Part shown: in pieces, positions 12,961 through 24,448 of the stretch
Numbering within the stretch: position 1 is the first letter of the stretch
Layout: each line of letters opens with the position of its first letter
Made by a program: the position numbers and the translations under genes
Assembly: GCA_002269645.1 (NCBI GenBank)
Contig: NIVC01003636.1
Coordinates: 22,500 to 86,499 of the forward strand
Reading direction: 5' to 3'
Origin: Macrostomum lignano
Taxonomy: Eukaryota
DNA length: 64,000 nt
The notes under the pieces: generated by a model
What the model was told of the DNA's origin: nothing
The model's input: only the letters and a program-made list of their open reading frames with translations
Databases searched by the model: none

Positions 12961-13095
12961 AAGAACTGCCTGAAGCTGGCAGTGGTTGCACTTTAATGGT
13001 GACATCTACTGGAATTGGACTGTCGCCCGGTTTCGGCGACAGCAGACGGAGTGTCAGCTGGCTGGCTAGCAGGGCTGAGCCTGCGCTAGGTTGGC
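12961..13095 (-). CDS. NCOA: NCOA-like coding exon 3 (PAS-A middle)
   Basis: cgcgcag|GC (alternative in-frame acceptor at 13080) ...TCTT|gtgagt; phase 1-1; SALLASQLTLRLLSPKPGDSPIPVDVTIKV. Confidence 0.7.
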
Positions 13096-13156
13096 CTGCG
13101 CGTGCGATTCGGGGAAATTTTTATTATATGGGATTTTTTTAGGTACAAAAAGGCTC

Positions 13157-14215
13157 GAAATGGAGACTCTATGGTTGGAAATGGGGACTCTATGGTTGGA
13201 AATGGGGACTCTATGGTTGGAAATGGAAACTCTATGGTTGGAAATGGGGACTCTATGCTTGGAAATGGAGACTCTATGGTTGGAAATGGGGACTCTATGC
13301 TTGGAAATGGAAACTCTATGGTTGGAAATGGGGACTCTATGCTTGGAAATGGGGACTCTATGCTTGGAAATGGAAACTCTATGGTTGGAAATGGGGACTC
13401 TATGCTTGGAAATGGAAACTCTATGGTTGGAAATGGGGACTCTATGCTTGGAAATGGGGACTCTATGCTTGGAAATGGGGACTCTATGCTTGGAAATGGG
13501 GACTCTATGGTTGGAAATGGGGACTCTATGGTTGGAAATGGGGACTCTATGCTTGGAAATGGAAACTCTATGGTTGGAAATGGGGACTCTATGGTTGGAA
13601 ATGGGGACTCTATGCTTGGAAATGGAGACTCTATGGTTGGAAATGGGGACTCTATGGTTGGAAATGGGGACTCTATGCTTGGAAATGGAAACTCTATGGT
13701 TGGAAATGGGGACTCTATGCTTGGAAATGGGGACTCTATGCTTGGAAATGGGGACTCTATGGTTGGAAATGGGGACTCTATGCTTGGAAATGGAAACTCT
13801 ATGGTTGAAAATGGGGACTCTATGCTTGGAAATGGAGACTCTATGGTTGGAAATGGGGACTCTATGGTTGGAAATGGGGACTCTATGGTTGGAAATGGGG
13901 ACTCTATGCTTGGAAATGGGGACTCTATGGTTGGAAATGGGGACTCTATGCTTGGAAATGGAAACTCTATGGTTGGAAATGGGGACTCTATGGTTGGAAA
14001 TGGGGACTCTATGCTTGGAAATGGGGACTCTATGGTTGGAAATGGGGACTCTATGGTTGGAAATGGGGACTCTATGCTTGGAAATGGAGACTCTATGGTT
14101 GGAAATGGGGACTCTATAGTTGGAAATTGGGACTCTATGGTTGGAAATGGAGACTCTATGGTTGGAAATGGGGACTCTATGGTTGGAAATGGGGATAGGG
14201 ATTCTATGGTTTGAA
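13157..14215. repeat. 21-bp minisatellite ggaaatgg(g/a)(g/a)actctatg(g/c)tt
   Basis: About 50 near-perfect units; explains ORFs 13066-14235, 13091-14119 and 13102-14214. Confidence 0.97.
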
Positions 14216-14250
14216 ATGGAAATGAAATTAAACAAATGAAACCAACAAAC

Positions 14251-14425
14251 CTTTCAAAGCTTCAATATAGGGCCTGATCAGCGGTATATCGTCTGGGTGA
14301 ACAATCGAACAAAATGAGGTTTTCATCAAATCCTCAACAGAATAGTCAACATAGTTGCAGATATTGGGCGACACGTAGTATATATCGGCTGATTGAGTCA
14401 CCACAATTAGAAATCCCTCGATTAC
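14251..14425 (-). CDS. NCOA: NCOA-like coding exon 2 (PAS-A core)
   Basis: ttatgcag|GTA...AAAG|gtttgt; 175 nt, phase 0-1; with exon 1 gives LGSLILDVIEGFLIVVTQSADIYYVSPNICNYVDYSVEDLMKTSFCSIVHPDD, closest by eye to the NCOA PAS-A pattern LGPLLL.ALDGFLFVVN..G.IVFVSENVT.YL.Y.QEDL.NTSVY.ILH..D. Confidence 0.85.
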
Positions 14426-14845
14426 CTGCATAAGTAACACGTTTTAAGACATATTAATATCGTCAGCTGCTGTTTTACCAGTATAAAATACATTTATAAC
14501 TAAAAAACACTTGATAACTTGTTAATCAGTAAAAACAGAATTGTTGTAGCATGGCTGCAAAAGGAATTAACTTGTAACAGTTTGAACAGATCAAAACGAC
14601 AGTAAAATAAATTATACTGACAATGTCCACACAAAAAAAAGTTGGCTTGCAGCAGTAGTAACTGACGCATAGCTAGAATATATGAATTTATGTGACCGGA
14701 TCTTACATTAGCAAAAAGTATTTGCTTAGTATGCTACTATCAGTACTAGAAAAAACACTAATTTTGGTTTACTATGAAACTAATTTGATCTATTTTTAGT
14801 GGCTAAACTTCGGATCCACTCTGAATACGAGTACCACTTTGTTAG

Positions 14846-15540
14846 TGTGCACCTCCACTTCCCTTCACTGTGCACCTCCACTTCCCTTCACTGTGCACCT
14901 CCACCTCCCTTCACTGCACATCTCCACCTCCCTTCACTGTGCACCTCCATCTCCCTTCACTGCACACCTCCACCTCCCTTCACTGTGCACCTCCATCTCC
15001 CTTCACTGTGCACCTCCATCTCCCTTCACTGTGCACCTCCACCTCCCTTCACTGTACACCTCCACCTCCCTTCACTGTACACCTCCATCTCCCTTCACTG
15101 TGCACCTCCATCTCCCTTCACTGCACACCTCCACCTCCCTTCACTGTGCACCTCCACCTCCCTTCACTGTGCACCTCCATCTCCCTTCACTGCACATCTC
15201 CACCTCCCTTCACTGCACACCTCCACCTCCCTTCACTGTACACATCCACCTCCCTTCACTGTACACCTCCACCTCCCTTCACTGTGCACCTCCATCTCCC
15301 TTCACTGTGCACCTCCATCTCCCTTCACTGCACACCTCCACCTCCCTTCACTGCACATCTCCACCTCCCTTCACTGCACACCTCCATCTCCCTTCACTGT
15401 ACACATCCACCTCCCTTCACTGTACACCTCCACCTCCCTTCACTGTGCACCTCCACCTCCCTTCACTGCACATCTCCACCTCCCTTCACTGCACACCTGA
15501 ACCTTCTTTCACTGCACACCTCTCTTCACTATACACCTTT
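14846..15540. repeat. 23-bp minisatellite cacctcca(c/t)ctcccttcactg(tg/ca/ta)
   Basis: About 29 tandem units. Confidence 0.95.
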
Positions 15541-15604
15541 ACTGTGCGCAACGTTCTATTCATTTAAACAATATTTAAAGGTTAAAACATCTTTCAAAGC
15601 TTAC

Positions 15605-15991
15605 ATCGAGAATGAGTGAGCCCAATAGTTGAGCATGATTTAGCTGTGCAGATGAAGATCTACCAGCTGATAGTAAATTAGTGGTTGATTGCGCAGCTGT
15701 TGAACTATGAGTAGCCAAATTTACTGATTCATTTAAAGCTGACACAGTTGCAGCAGCAGCACCAGCAGAAGCTTTATCACCAGGCTCTTCTTTGTTGCTA
15801 ATATCTTTACGAATTTGAACGTTATTAGGAACCTTTTCGGCTGTCTCGGCTTCAACAGATGCAATTTCACTACTATCAGTAGGATATTCGGACTTGGACA
15901 CAGTCAAAGCACTAGTTGCAGTACCGTCGCCGCAGTCGTCAGTTGAAGAAGCGACTGCAGCAGAATCCTCATCATCAGCTTCAAGGGACAT
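15605..15991 (-). CDS. NCOA: NCOA-like coding exon 1 (acidic S/A-rich N-terminus, start of PAS-A)
   Basis: ATG at 15991 preceded by an in-frame TAA two codons upstream; donor GAT|gtaagc; 387 nt, phase 0. Confidence 0.75.
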
Positions 15992-17026
15992 GGCTTACAG
16001 GCCAATTTGTGGAAGTTATAAAGAAGCCAAAAATGGCCTGATGATAAGTCTAAATTTCTCTCTGTTATCAATCAATCAATTAATTAATTTGTTTATTAGC
16101 CTGAGTCAAGCTTGTGTAGCAATAATTGTAAAAATCAAAGCCTGTATCACATTTCTGACAGGCACAGTAAGGATTCAGGTAGAGGGTGCTGGTAGTGGTC
16201 TTTTGAGTAGTATTTGACTGCGACAGAAATCATTTATTGGAGCCAATATACATTCATAATTTCAAGTGTATAATACTTAGATTTCAAAAGGATGATGATT
16301 ACAAAAAATGATTTATTACTTACAATTTATAAACTATTTTCACATTGTATAAGTTTGTGCCAATAGTTTTCTTAAACTTCAATAAGTAAATGATATTAAA
16401 TATATGTTAAATTTTACTGACATTCAATAGTGATATTCTCATAAAATAAAAGTATATTTTTAGGACAAAAAATATTTAACTAAAAGCTTTATTTAATACT
16501 AGAATTGTTTTAATTGTATCTTTATCAAATAAGGTTGATTAACTGTTCAAAAAGTATAAATAGCAATAGACAAAATAAAAACATTTAATTTTGTGTAAAT
16601 TTAGATTTGTTAAATTTTTTATATAAAAATTGGCCTTGATAATTTTATTTTTGTTTCAAATTTAAGAAAACCCTAATTAAAAACTCATATATACTACTAA
16701 AAAGACCATTATAATATGAGATGCTACATTTTTCTATATATCTAGGTATCTAATTAGGCTAAAACTTCTAGGTCTAGAAATCAACTATCAGCTATTTTTT
16801 ATTACATTAAATATTTTTATAACATTGGAATCTGTTTCTTTAAAGATATCAACAATTAAAAATTATTACACTATGGTAAATTAATATAATTTGATTTAAA
16901 GTTACTAGCTTCAAAGAATGCTATATTTTTGCAAATGAATTATCCTTCAAAATTGAAAGACAACTGTTATTTTATCTTGACCTATGCTTAATATAGGTGG
17001 GAAGTTAGAAACTAAAGTTTCTAATA

Positions 17027-17558
17027 CATACATGCCCAACTTCAAAATTTCACCCCTCTGATACAACTTAGTTTTGTCCAGATTTGCGGCTTAGTTCTTC
17101 CCTTTTGTGTTTGCAACCTAGTTCCTCTTGATTGCGAGTTAGTTTCCCTGATTGCAACTTAATTTTTACTTTGTATGACTTTTCTTGCCCTTTTCTCTTT
17201 TTTTCTCTGTCTCTTTCCTCTTTCCCCTCTCTTTTTTCTCTTTTTTTCGCTGTCTCTTTCCTCTTTCCCCTCTCTTTTTTCTCTTTTTTTCTCTGTCTCT
17301 TTCCTCTTTCCCCTCTCTTTTTTCTCTTTTTTTCGCTGTCTCTTTCCTCTTTCCCCTCTCTTTTTTCTCTTTTTTTCTCTGTCTCTTTCCTCTTTCCCCT
17401 CTCTTTTTTCTCTTTTTTTCTCTTCCTTTTCTCTTTCTCTCCTTTTTTTCTTTTCCCACTTTTTGTTTTTTGCATTTTTGATTTTGCGACTTACTTTGGC
17501 TAAGTAGCCATTTCACCCATCTGGTTTGGATGGGTTGGATAGGTGTTGGGCATGTATG
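17027..17558. mobile_element. hAT-like MITE containing a pyrimidine-only ~46-bp tandem repeat
   Basis: 14-bp TIR CATACATGCCCAAC / GTTGGGCATGTATG; 8-bp flanks ttctaata / ttctagta (7/8 match). Confidence 0.7.
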
Positions 17559-20500
17559 TTCTAGTATAATTTTTGAGTGTATGTAGTATATATCCTAGAT
17601 TATTATATAATTAAAATTATTTTGAAAAAGTTTTTATATAAGCTACTTTATTCATAGCAAAGACATGCATTTAGGTTGCAAAAAAGGAAGCATTTCCAAA
17701 ACTTTGTTTATCTGTAGTCTCACAAAAATTTGAAAGGCAAAAAGCCATACTCTGGATCATGTTGGATGCATGCCAGAATGAATACCAGGGAGTTTTTTTG
17801 TTTGCATGCATATTATACACCATGCTTGCCAACTACACACTGTGCATGCCATTGTCAATAATTAATAATAGGCATACAAGCAAAAGCAGAAAAATGTATA
17901 CAAACATTGTTTCAAAAAATGTACATGAAAAATACAAAGCTTTAAAAAAAATTATAACAATAGGCATAAACATTAAATTATATTACAAATAATTTTTGGC
18001 ACAACAATATGTTTCTTTTTTCTAGTAAAAATAAGCAAGATAAAGTTGATTTGCAGGTATTTTCAAAAATTCAAAAAGACTGCCCTACTACAATCATACC
18101 ATACTACATTTTATACTATCAAGCTATTCTATGGCATAGCATACCACTATGCCACAAACCCAAATGCACACTGATATACATGTGCAACAGTCAGCTGAGT
18201 CAGTTGATTGATTTGGCGGCCAATCAAGGAAGTTGCAAAAATTCCTACCTGAAAAATACCAAGGTAGTAGTACTAAGTATCTGATGAGGCATTTTGACTT
18301 AATAAGAAATTCATAGTTACTCCTGCCATTTACCCAAAGTTGCATTGATTTTGCTTTAGGGTTTTTTTACATGTAAGTCACATTTTTGGCCAAAAACTAC
18401 GTCACATTTTTGTTAAAACTAAGTTGCATGGCTGACCGAATGTTGGAGGTTGTGCATGTATGCACACTGATATATGTCAATTTTTAACTAAACTAAATAT
18501 ATGCCATTTTTTGCCAAACTAGATGCATGCCACATTTTTCTGGCATGATGTACATATGCTTTCCAAAGTAGACTATGGGCAAAAAGGTTCTTTAATTTTG
18601 TAATACCCCAACCCATGACCTTCCTCTTAGTCTATTGGAATACACTTGATGGATTTGATCCAACTTTCTTATATGCAATGTATAGAGTAAACAAATTCTC
18701 ATTTGCACAGTATATATTTGAGACTATGGGAAAAAAAGAAAACTATTTATAAATATTGGCATTCAATATTTATACAGAAATGTGTAAATAGTACTGCTGT
18801 TATTTATATAGTAACTAAAATAGACTAGTATATAAACTAGTTTTATATATTGTATAGTACTTATGGCTATGGTCCAATTATATTTGATCCATAGTCAGAA
18901 TCATGGCATGCCTGTGCCAGAACAAATCTTATCAAAAAAGTTTGTTTGTACCATGTATTACAACTTTTTGAAAAAAACATTAGTTATTTAACTTACTATT
19001 TGAAAAATATTAGTAAAACTTATAGTATTTAAATCTACTTTATAAAAAATCCAATATTATCAAAAATTAATTCTTTTAAAGCAATTAGGGCCTAATATAG
19101 GATAGGCCCTTACTACTGACAAACAAAAATTGCTAATAAAAAGAAGTTCTATGCTTATTTTTTATCAAAGAAATAGTGTCTTATCAAGTTTTTATTTTGT
19201 ACCAAATTGTGCCAATTTTTTATCTTGCACTATAGGTTATTACACTAGATTTTTTTCCTTTGCATAGTGTTGCATTAGAATGCATTGGCATAGTGCACAT
19301 ATAAACATTTATATACTAGAATTTTCTATGAAAAGGGCTATTTTCTTGACTATCTAGGCCTATGGTATTTGATTACAAATATATATCTTTTTGAAGGTAG
19401 GGCCTAAATAGAGTTGAATTCATATTTAATTCTTTTGAAGCACCCTTTGTATTTTGTATTATTAATAAGATGAATACTATATAGTATAGTATAAGCTAAT
19501 AAAACGTGAAAGCTATAAACACATAATCATGCCTAAACTTTATCTAATGACTTTAGTTAGTTAAAACTCATTATGAAACTAAAATATACAGAGTTAGAGA
19601 TGAATATTATCAAGTAGCTAGTCCTTGATAGAATAATTATTTGTAAGGTTTTTTCTCAGTTACCAACTTACTGTGTAAATAATACTAGCAATATCTATAT
19701 CCTACTGTACTATGCAAATAACAATTGCCATAAATATTAGATATCATATACTTAGGCCTAATTCATAATTCATAAAGGCCCAATCTATCAAAAATGAAGA
19801 TCTTAAAATTAAAAATCAAAAATGATTGTCAATAGGCCTATCATTGTCACCAAACTCTCTTTAGTAACTGGTTCTTTTTAGGTTAGGCCTTTACAAATTT
19901 GACTATATTATAACGAATATAAGGCCTAATATAATATAAATAACAAAACTTTAAACTTAAAAAAATTAAATTCAACTAAAAACAGTTTACTTTTAAATTA
20001 GAGTTAGAGCCTAGGCCTAATAAACATTTTCTGAGGAAATAAAAGTTATTTTTATTTTTTATTATGGCTAGGCCTAGGCCTATCTATAAAACATTATATC
20101 AGGCCCTAGCCTAGGCCTACACATTTTTTGTTAAGAAAAATGACATTTTATTCCTAGATTCTTATAGATCAATTTATAAAGTTTTACTTCTATCTCTTCT
20201 GGCCTGCCTTACTTAAACTTATCTTCTGGTAAGGATTATAGCATAGGCCTAAGGCCACAGCTACAGCTACAGGCTACTGTCACCATCGCTAGAGCGCCAG
20301 CGCTAGGGCGGCTAGGGCCTAGCTACTGGGGCTAGAAATAGAATTTTAACATGACGCTGACTTAGGGCTAGGCCTAGCTAGTACAGAACAGAAACAGATA
20401 TACAGAATTTCTTAAAAAAATCAATTACATGCCAATCTAAAGTAGTATGACAGTAGCACACTAGGTCGCAGTTGAATACACTGCAGCATGTCAATGGACG

Positions 20501-21382
20501 CAATCACTAGGATCTTCTGGAATTGTTTATTCCTTAATTAATTAATTTCCAGGAGACGCTCTGGTTTATTTGTTTTAAATCCAAATTTACATATAACAAA
20601 GCCTACCTTTTATAAACTGTATTGTAAATAACGAAATCATCTCGTTATATGGCTCTTAAGAAAAACTCGAAAAAATTTCAAGCCAATAACTATAAAAGTA
20701 CAAGTAGTATGTCAACAATTCCGACACTTCACCCCACCTCCTTATGATTATTTGTTATGGAAGTCACGGCATTGAGGGTCGTTCGACTCGCTTTCAAGGC
20801 AAGATCTTGATTTTTTGTTGCTAAAAAACTTTTTTAATAAATTTTCTTCTACAAAAATTAATAGCACAATTGTTAAATTAAAATTAAACCTCTTTTTTTA
20901 AACCACAGAGACAGCAAAAGTATGAGGAGGAAATCCACCAGTTACATGTAATTGCATGTTCAATTCTTCGTAACAGTAAAAAAGAAGTAAAATTATTCGA
21001 AAACATGCAACAAAGAATCTCTCCTATATTTTTATCTTAAATTTACTTGCATAATGACGACGATTAGTTAAAAAAAGTTTTAAGAGCAACAATTTTTGTT
21101 TATTTTATTTATACTAAATAACATGTAGTGCATGACATTTTACGTGTTTGGAGTTGGTCCGCTCCGAAATCGGCTGCTACGGCAGGGGCTACAAGTGGGT
21201 GAAAGCGGAGGGCGGTGACGTACCTAAGAATTTTAGAAGGCGCTGGTGGCTGGTCGAGAGAAGAGCAATTAACGAACTGAACTAAATTTTTGCGATTGAT
21301 AACTGCATGCATGAATTGTATTCATTTATGATTCTATTGAAGGGGCCGCAACAATGGCAATATTTGCACCTGACTAGGTGCA

Positions 21383-21640
21383 GGGCGCCCCTGTCTCTTA
21401 GTGGGAGCCCCTGGCCTACTGTAGCTTTCTTTTGGTGTGGGCATCGCTGTCTCTTGCTGGGCGCCCTATAAAGCTACACTACCTCGATCTCTTGGAATTG
21501 GCACCCCCTGTCTCTTGGCGCCCCATGCAAGTATCTCTTAGTATATAGACGCCCCTGTCTCTTGGTTGGCGCCCCTATCTCTTGGTGGGCGCCCCTGTCT
21601 CTTGGTTGGCGCCCCTGTCTCTGGGTGGGGTGCCTGTCTC
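21383..21640. repeat. ~21-bp minisatellite ggcgcccctgtctcttgg(t/a)(t/g)g, same family as 50718-51080
   Basis: Reverse complement of the 50.7-kb units. Confidence 0.85.
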
Positions 21641-23225
21641 TCTTAGACCCGTGCATGGTTGCCGCGTCCAAGGTTGCAAACGTTGGACTTTGTTTGCATC
21701 CAGTAATTATGACAGATTTGCACCTTTATACAAAATATTAGCGTACGACCTTTTGGCAACCTTACCAAGCTGTCTTGTGTAAACTCCGGCTCCACGCTCT
21801 CCCAGTCATCAGATTTGTAGGGAGCCGTCAAGTTGAACAGCCGACAAAACAGATCCCGCAGTCAGCTGAAGCCTCAGATTCGCTACTGTTAGTAGTTTTA
21901 GAAGCCTTAATTAAGCAAACTTATGCAAGACGCGTAAACAGGGTATGAAATGTCATCTAAATTAAACGGATGGAAGCATGTCACCTTAATAATCTGCCAT
22001 ATGTAGCTACATGTAGTCAGCAGATCCTCTCAAGGTCTCAAGGTGGTTAAGCAGAACGCTGCTATAGTCTCTGAACAGCGAGTTAGGAGGATTGAGGTTC
22101 TGTTTGAAATGAAGAAGCTTTGGAGCTTTAGCTACTTTGTGATGAGAGAGCAGCTCCATCCAGCCAGAGCAGAGACAAAACTTAAGTCAGTCGAGTGTGG
22201 AACAATCTTCACGCGAAACCGACATGCTAGAGTTGACACACCTGGTGTTTTTTGGATTCTTGAGCCAGAAGCAAGAAGTCGTGAGCTTGTTTCATTCTTA
22301 CCATAGAAACTGGCGTCAATTCAACTCGCGCTGAGTAACATGCTCTAGACAAAGAACCACTGAAGAAACGATACTTAGGTCCTTGGCACAGACATGTAAA
22401 TAATGCACACGACCGAGGAAGTGCTGTAAACATGTTTTATTGCACTTGCAAACAGGACAGGAGCTGGTCATGTGAGGGAAAAATACAAATGAATGTCGAG
22501 AGCAAGGAGCAGATGGAGCAACAAAAGGGGAGACGGAGACAGAAGGCACAGGCAACCAAAGGATGGGGAGCTCCCAGGTCAGAACTGGTTAGGGGAAGGC
22601 TGCTCATGACTAGGACCCAGTCTCGCCGAGCTAATAGCTCTAAAAGCAACTAAGTTGCTGTGGACTCAAACAAAAGCAGACCCAAAAAATCTCCCGTCTT
22701 AGGGGCTTATAGAAAATTCTGACATTTTGAGGCCGGGCCTCTGCAATATATTACTTCAATTCATTTTTTCTGCGCTTCATTGTGATTCTTTCCTCAAAAG
22801 TTAGGCTCTAGCAACAGGGACCCGACCAGGCAAGAGACGGAAATTTCCCGACTCGGGAAACTTTTTTTGTTGTCGTGAATAGATTTCCAATTTTTACTGG
22901 AAACTGGAGAGCCAGTTCTGGGTAGGAGTAGCCGTGGAGTCTTTGTGGCTCGGCGGTGGGTTTACAACACAGCATTAATTACTCAAAACTGATTGATTTG
23001 ATGCGGTTCAACAAGAAAGTTATTACCAGCTCGTTTATTTTTTCTGAGTCGCTAGCAATTTCTACTTAATTAGGAGTTTCTACAAGTCCAAAATTTCAAA
23101 TTTATCCTCAAAGAGTTGTTTAAGAGTGAAAATCTAATTTATGTCAGTTTTATAGTTGGATAAATAAGACTTTGCAGCTTCGGGATAAAGTAGATCCGTT
23201 ATTCATTTGACACGAGCTTGACGTC

Positions 23226-23617
23226 TCAGTAACCGTAGATCTCAACTTCGCAGATAACGAGATGATTGCTCAGCTGGTTGACAACTCGGACAGCGCTGCC
23301 GAAAGCATTGCAGGTGAAGTTGGCGATGGAGAACGACTCTGTCAGGTCCACTCGGTTGCACTCAATGCCATCAACCAGCAGGTTGAACTTGTTGAGCCAA
23401 TCGGAAAGCGTGAGCCGGTTGTAGATGGTGAGGTAGGCCACGAAAGCTGGAGCGGCCAGCCGCGCCTCCCACCATTCGCCGATGCCTTTTACAGTGGCGC
23501 TGTAGACGGTCTGGTCCCTGTTGCCGTCCATAGAGATTGTGCAGTAGTAGCTAGCGTAGGTATTGCTGTGCTGGCAGCTGGAAATGTTCAACTTTTTTAT
23601 GTTGGCGGGTGAAGCAC
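23226..23617 (-). CDS. Secreted PAN/Apple + F-type lectin protein, exon 2 (F5/8 type C / fucolectin-like domain)
   Basis: Acceptor ttcccgcag|GT; DGN...WWEARL...V..LTIYNR...L.KF.LLV...C...GSAVRV...HLVICEVEIYG matches the F-type lectin fold pattern. Confidence 0.8.
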
Positions 23618-23710
23618 CTGCGGGAACGAGTAGCCAGAGTTGTGAATGAGCTTCAAGGTTTACCAGAATAAAATGAAACAGAACGCCGCATGTGACGTTT
23701 CGTTCCTTAC

Positions 23711-24023
23711 TGGCAGCAGCTGCCGGCTCTTCTATCAGCTTGAACACCTCGCAGGGTGGCGAGCTCAGCCAGGTGCCAGAGAAGGCGCTCAAGTCGAACA
23801 GCTGGCACAGACTCTGCAGCCAGGAGAATCCGATGCAGCCGGCTGTTTGAACACACTTCACCGAGCAGTCCAAGGTGCTTCTGCCAGCCACACACTTCAT
23901 GCTGGCAGGGGCTGATGAGCTCTCGGATCCCACGATTTCGAAGGTGAAGCCAGCCGCTGGTGGACTGGCAGTCAGCAGCAGCAGCAGCAGGGGTAGAAAG
24001 TGCTCAACAGTTTGGCAATACAT
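23711..24023 (-). CDS. Secreted PAN/Apple + F-type lectin protein, exon 1 (signal peptide + PAN domain)
   Basis: MYCQTVEHFLPLLLLLLTASPPAAG signal peptide; CSVKCVQTAGCIGFSW...CQL PAN/Apple Cys pattern; donor GCCA|gtaagg. Confidence 0.75.
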
Positions 24024-24401
24024 GCTAGAGGCTGGATTTGTGCAACTGCTCTTGTCTCGGATAGCTGTGGAAATCCAGCCGACAAGCAATCTTCATTATT
24101 CATTGACTTATGAAAACTCTTTCTTGATAAAGCGATTGGCTGCGGGGTTAACCAACCAAAACTGCGTTGCCAGAAAGGATCAGGAAAAAGCTTCTGTAAG
24201 AGCCAAAAAGACGACGGGTCGACACTTGATTGGACGACTGCGTGAAACTGCAATGGCCCAATAAAGGTATTGGTTGATGCATTGGCTTGACTCTGATAAA
24301 TCAATCATTTTCCTGGGCAATCTTTGGGTCAAGTTATTGCTTTAGAAGTAGCTTTTTCTTACCTTCAGAGAAACAATGAAATGATAACGGCTCCAGTAGT
24401 T

Positions 24402-24448
24402 CCTCTCGCCGGTTGTGTGACAATGTCGCTTAAAGTGCTCCAGGGTGC
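24402..24448 (+). mobile_element. 5'-truncated 3' fragment of the SINE at 52517-52830
   Basis: 47-nt match with 1 mismatch to 52776-52822 (cctctcgccggttgtgtgacaatgtcgcttaaagtgc.ccagggtgc). Confidence 0.6.

Noticed and set aside
13066-14235. GNGDSMV repeat resembling ice-nucleation or antifreeze-type proteins
   Set aside because: 21-bp intronic minisatellite open in several frames on both strands, between PAS-A exons
17068-17516. K/R/E-rich and F/L/S-rich ORFs
   Set aside because: Translation of a pyrimidine-only tandem repeat inside a MITE
21960-22653. Possible transposase or zinc-finger relic (TDGS, YCTCK motifs)
   Set aside because: Motifs too short and scattered to assign
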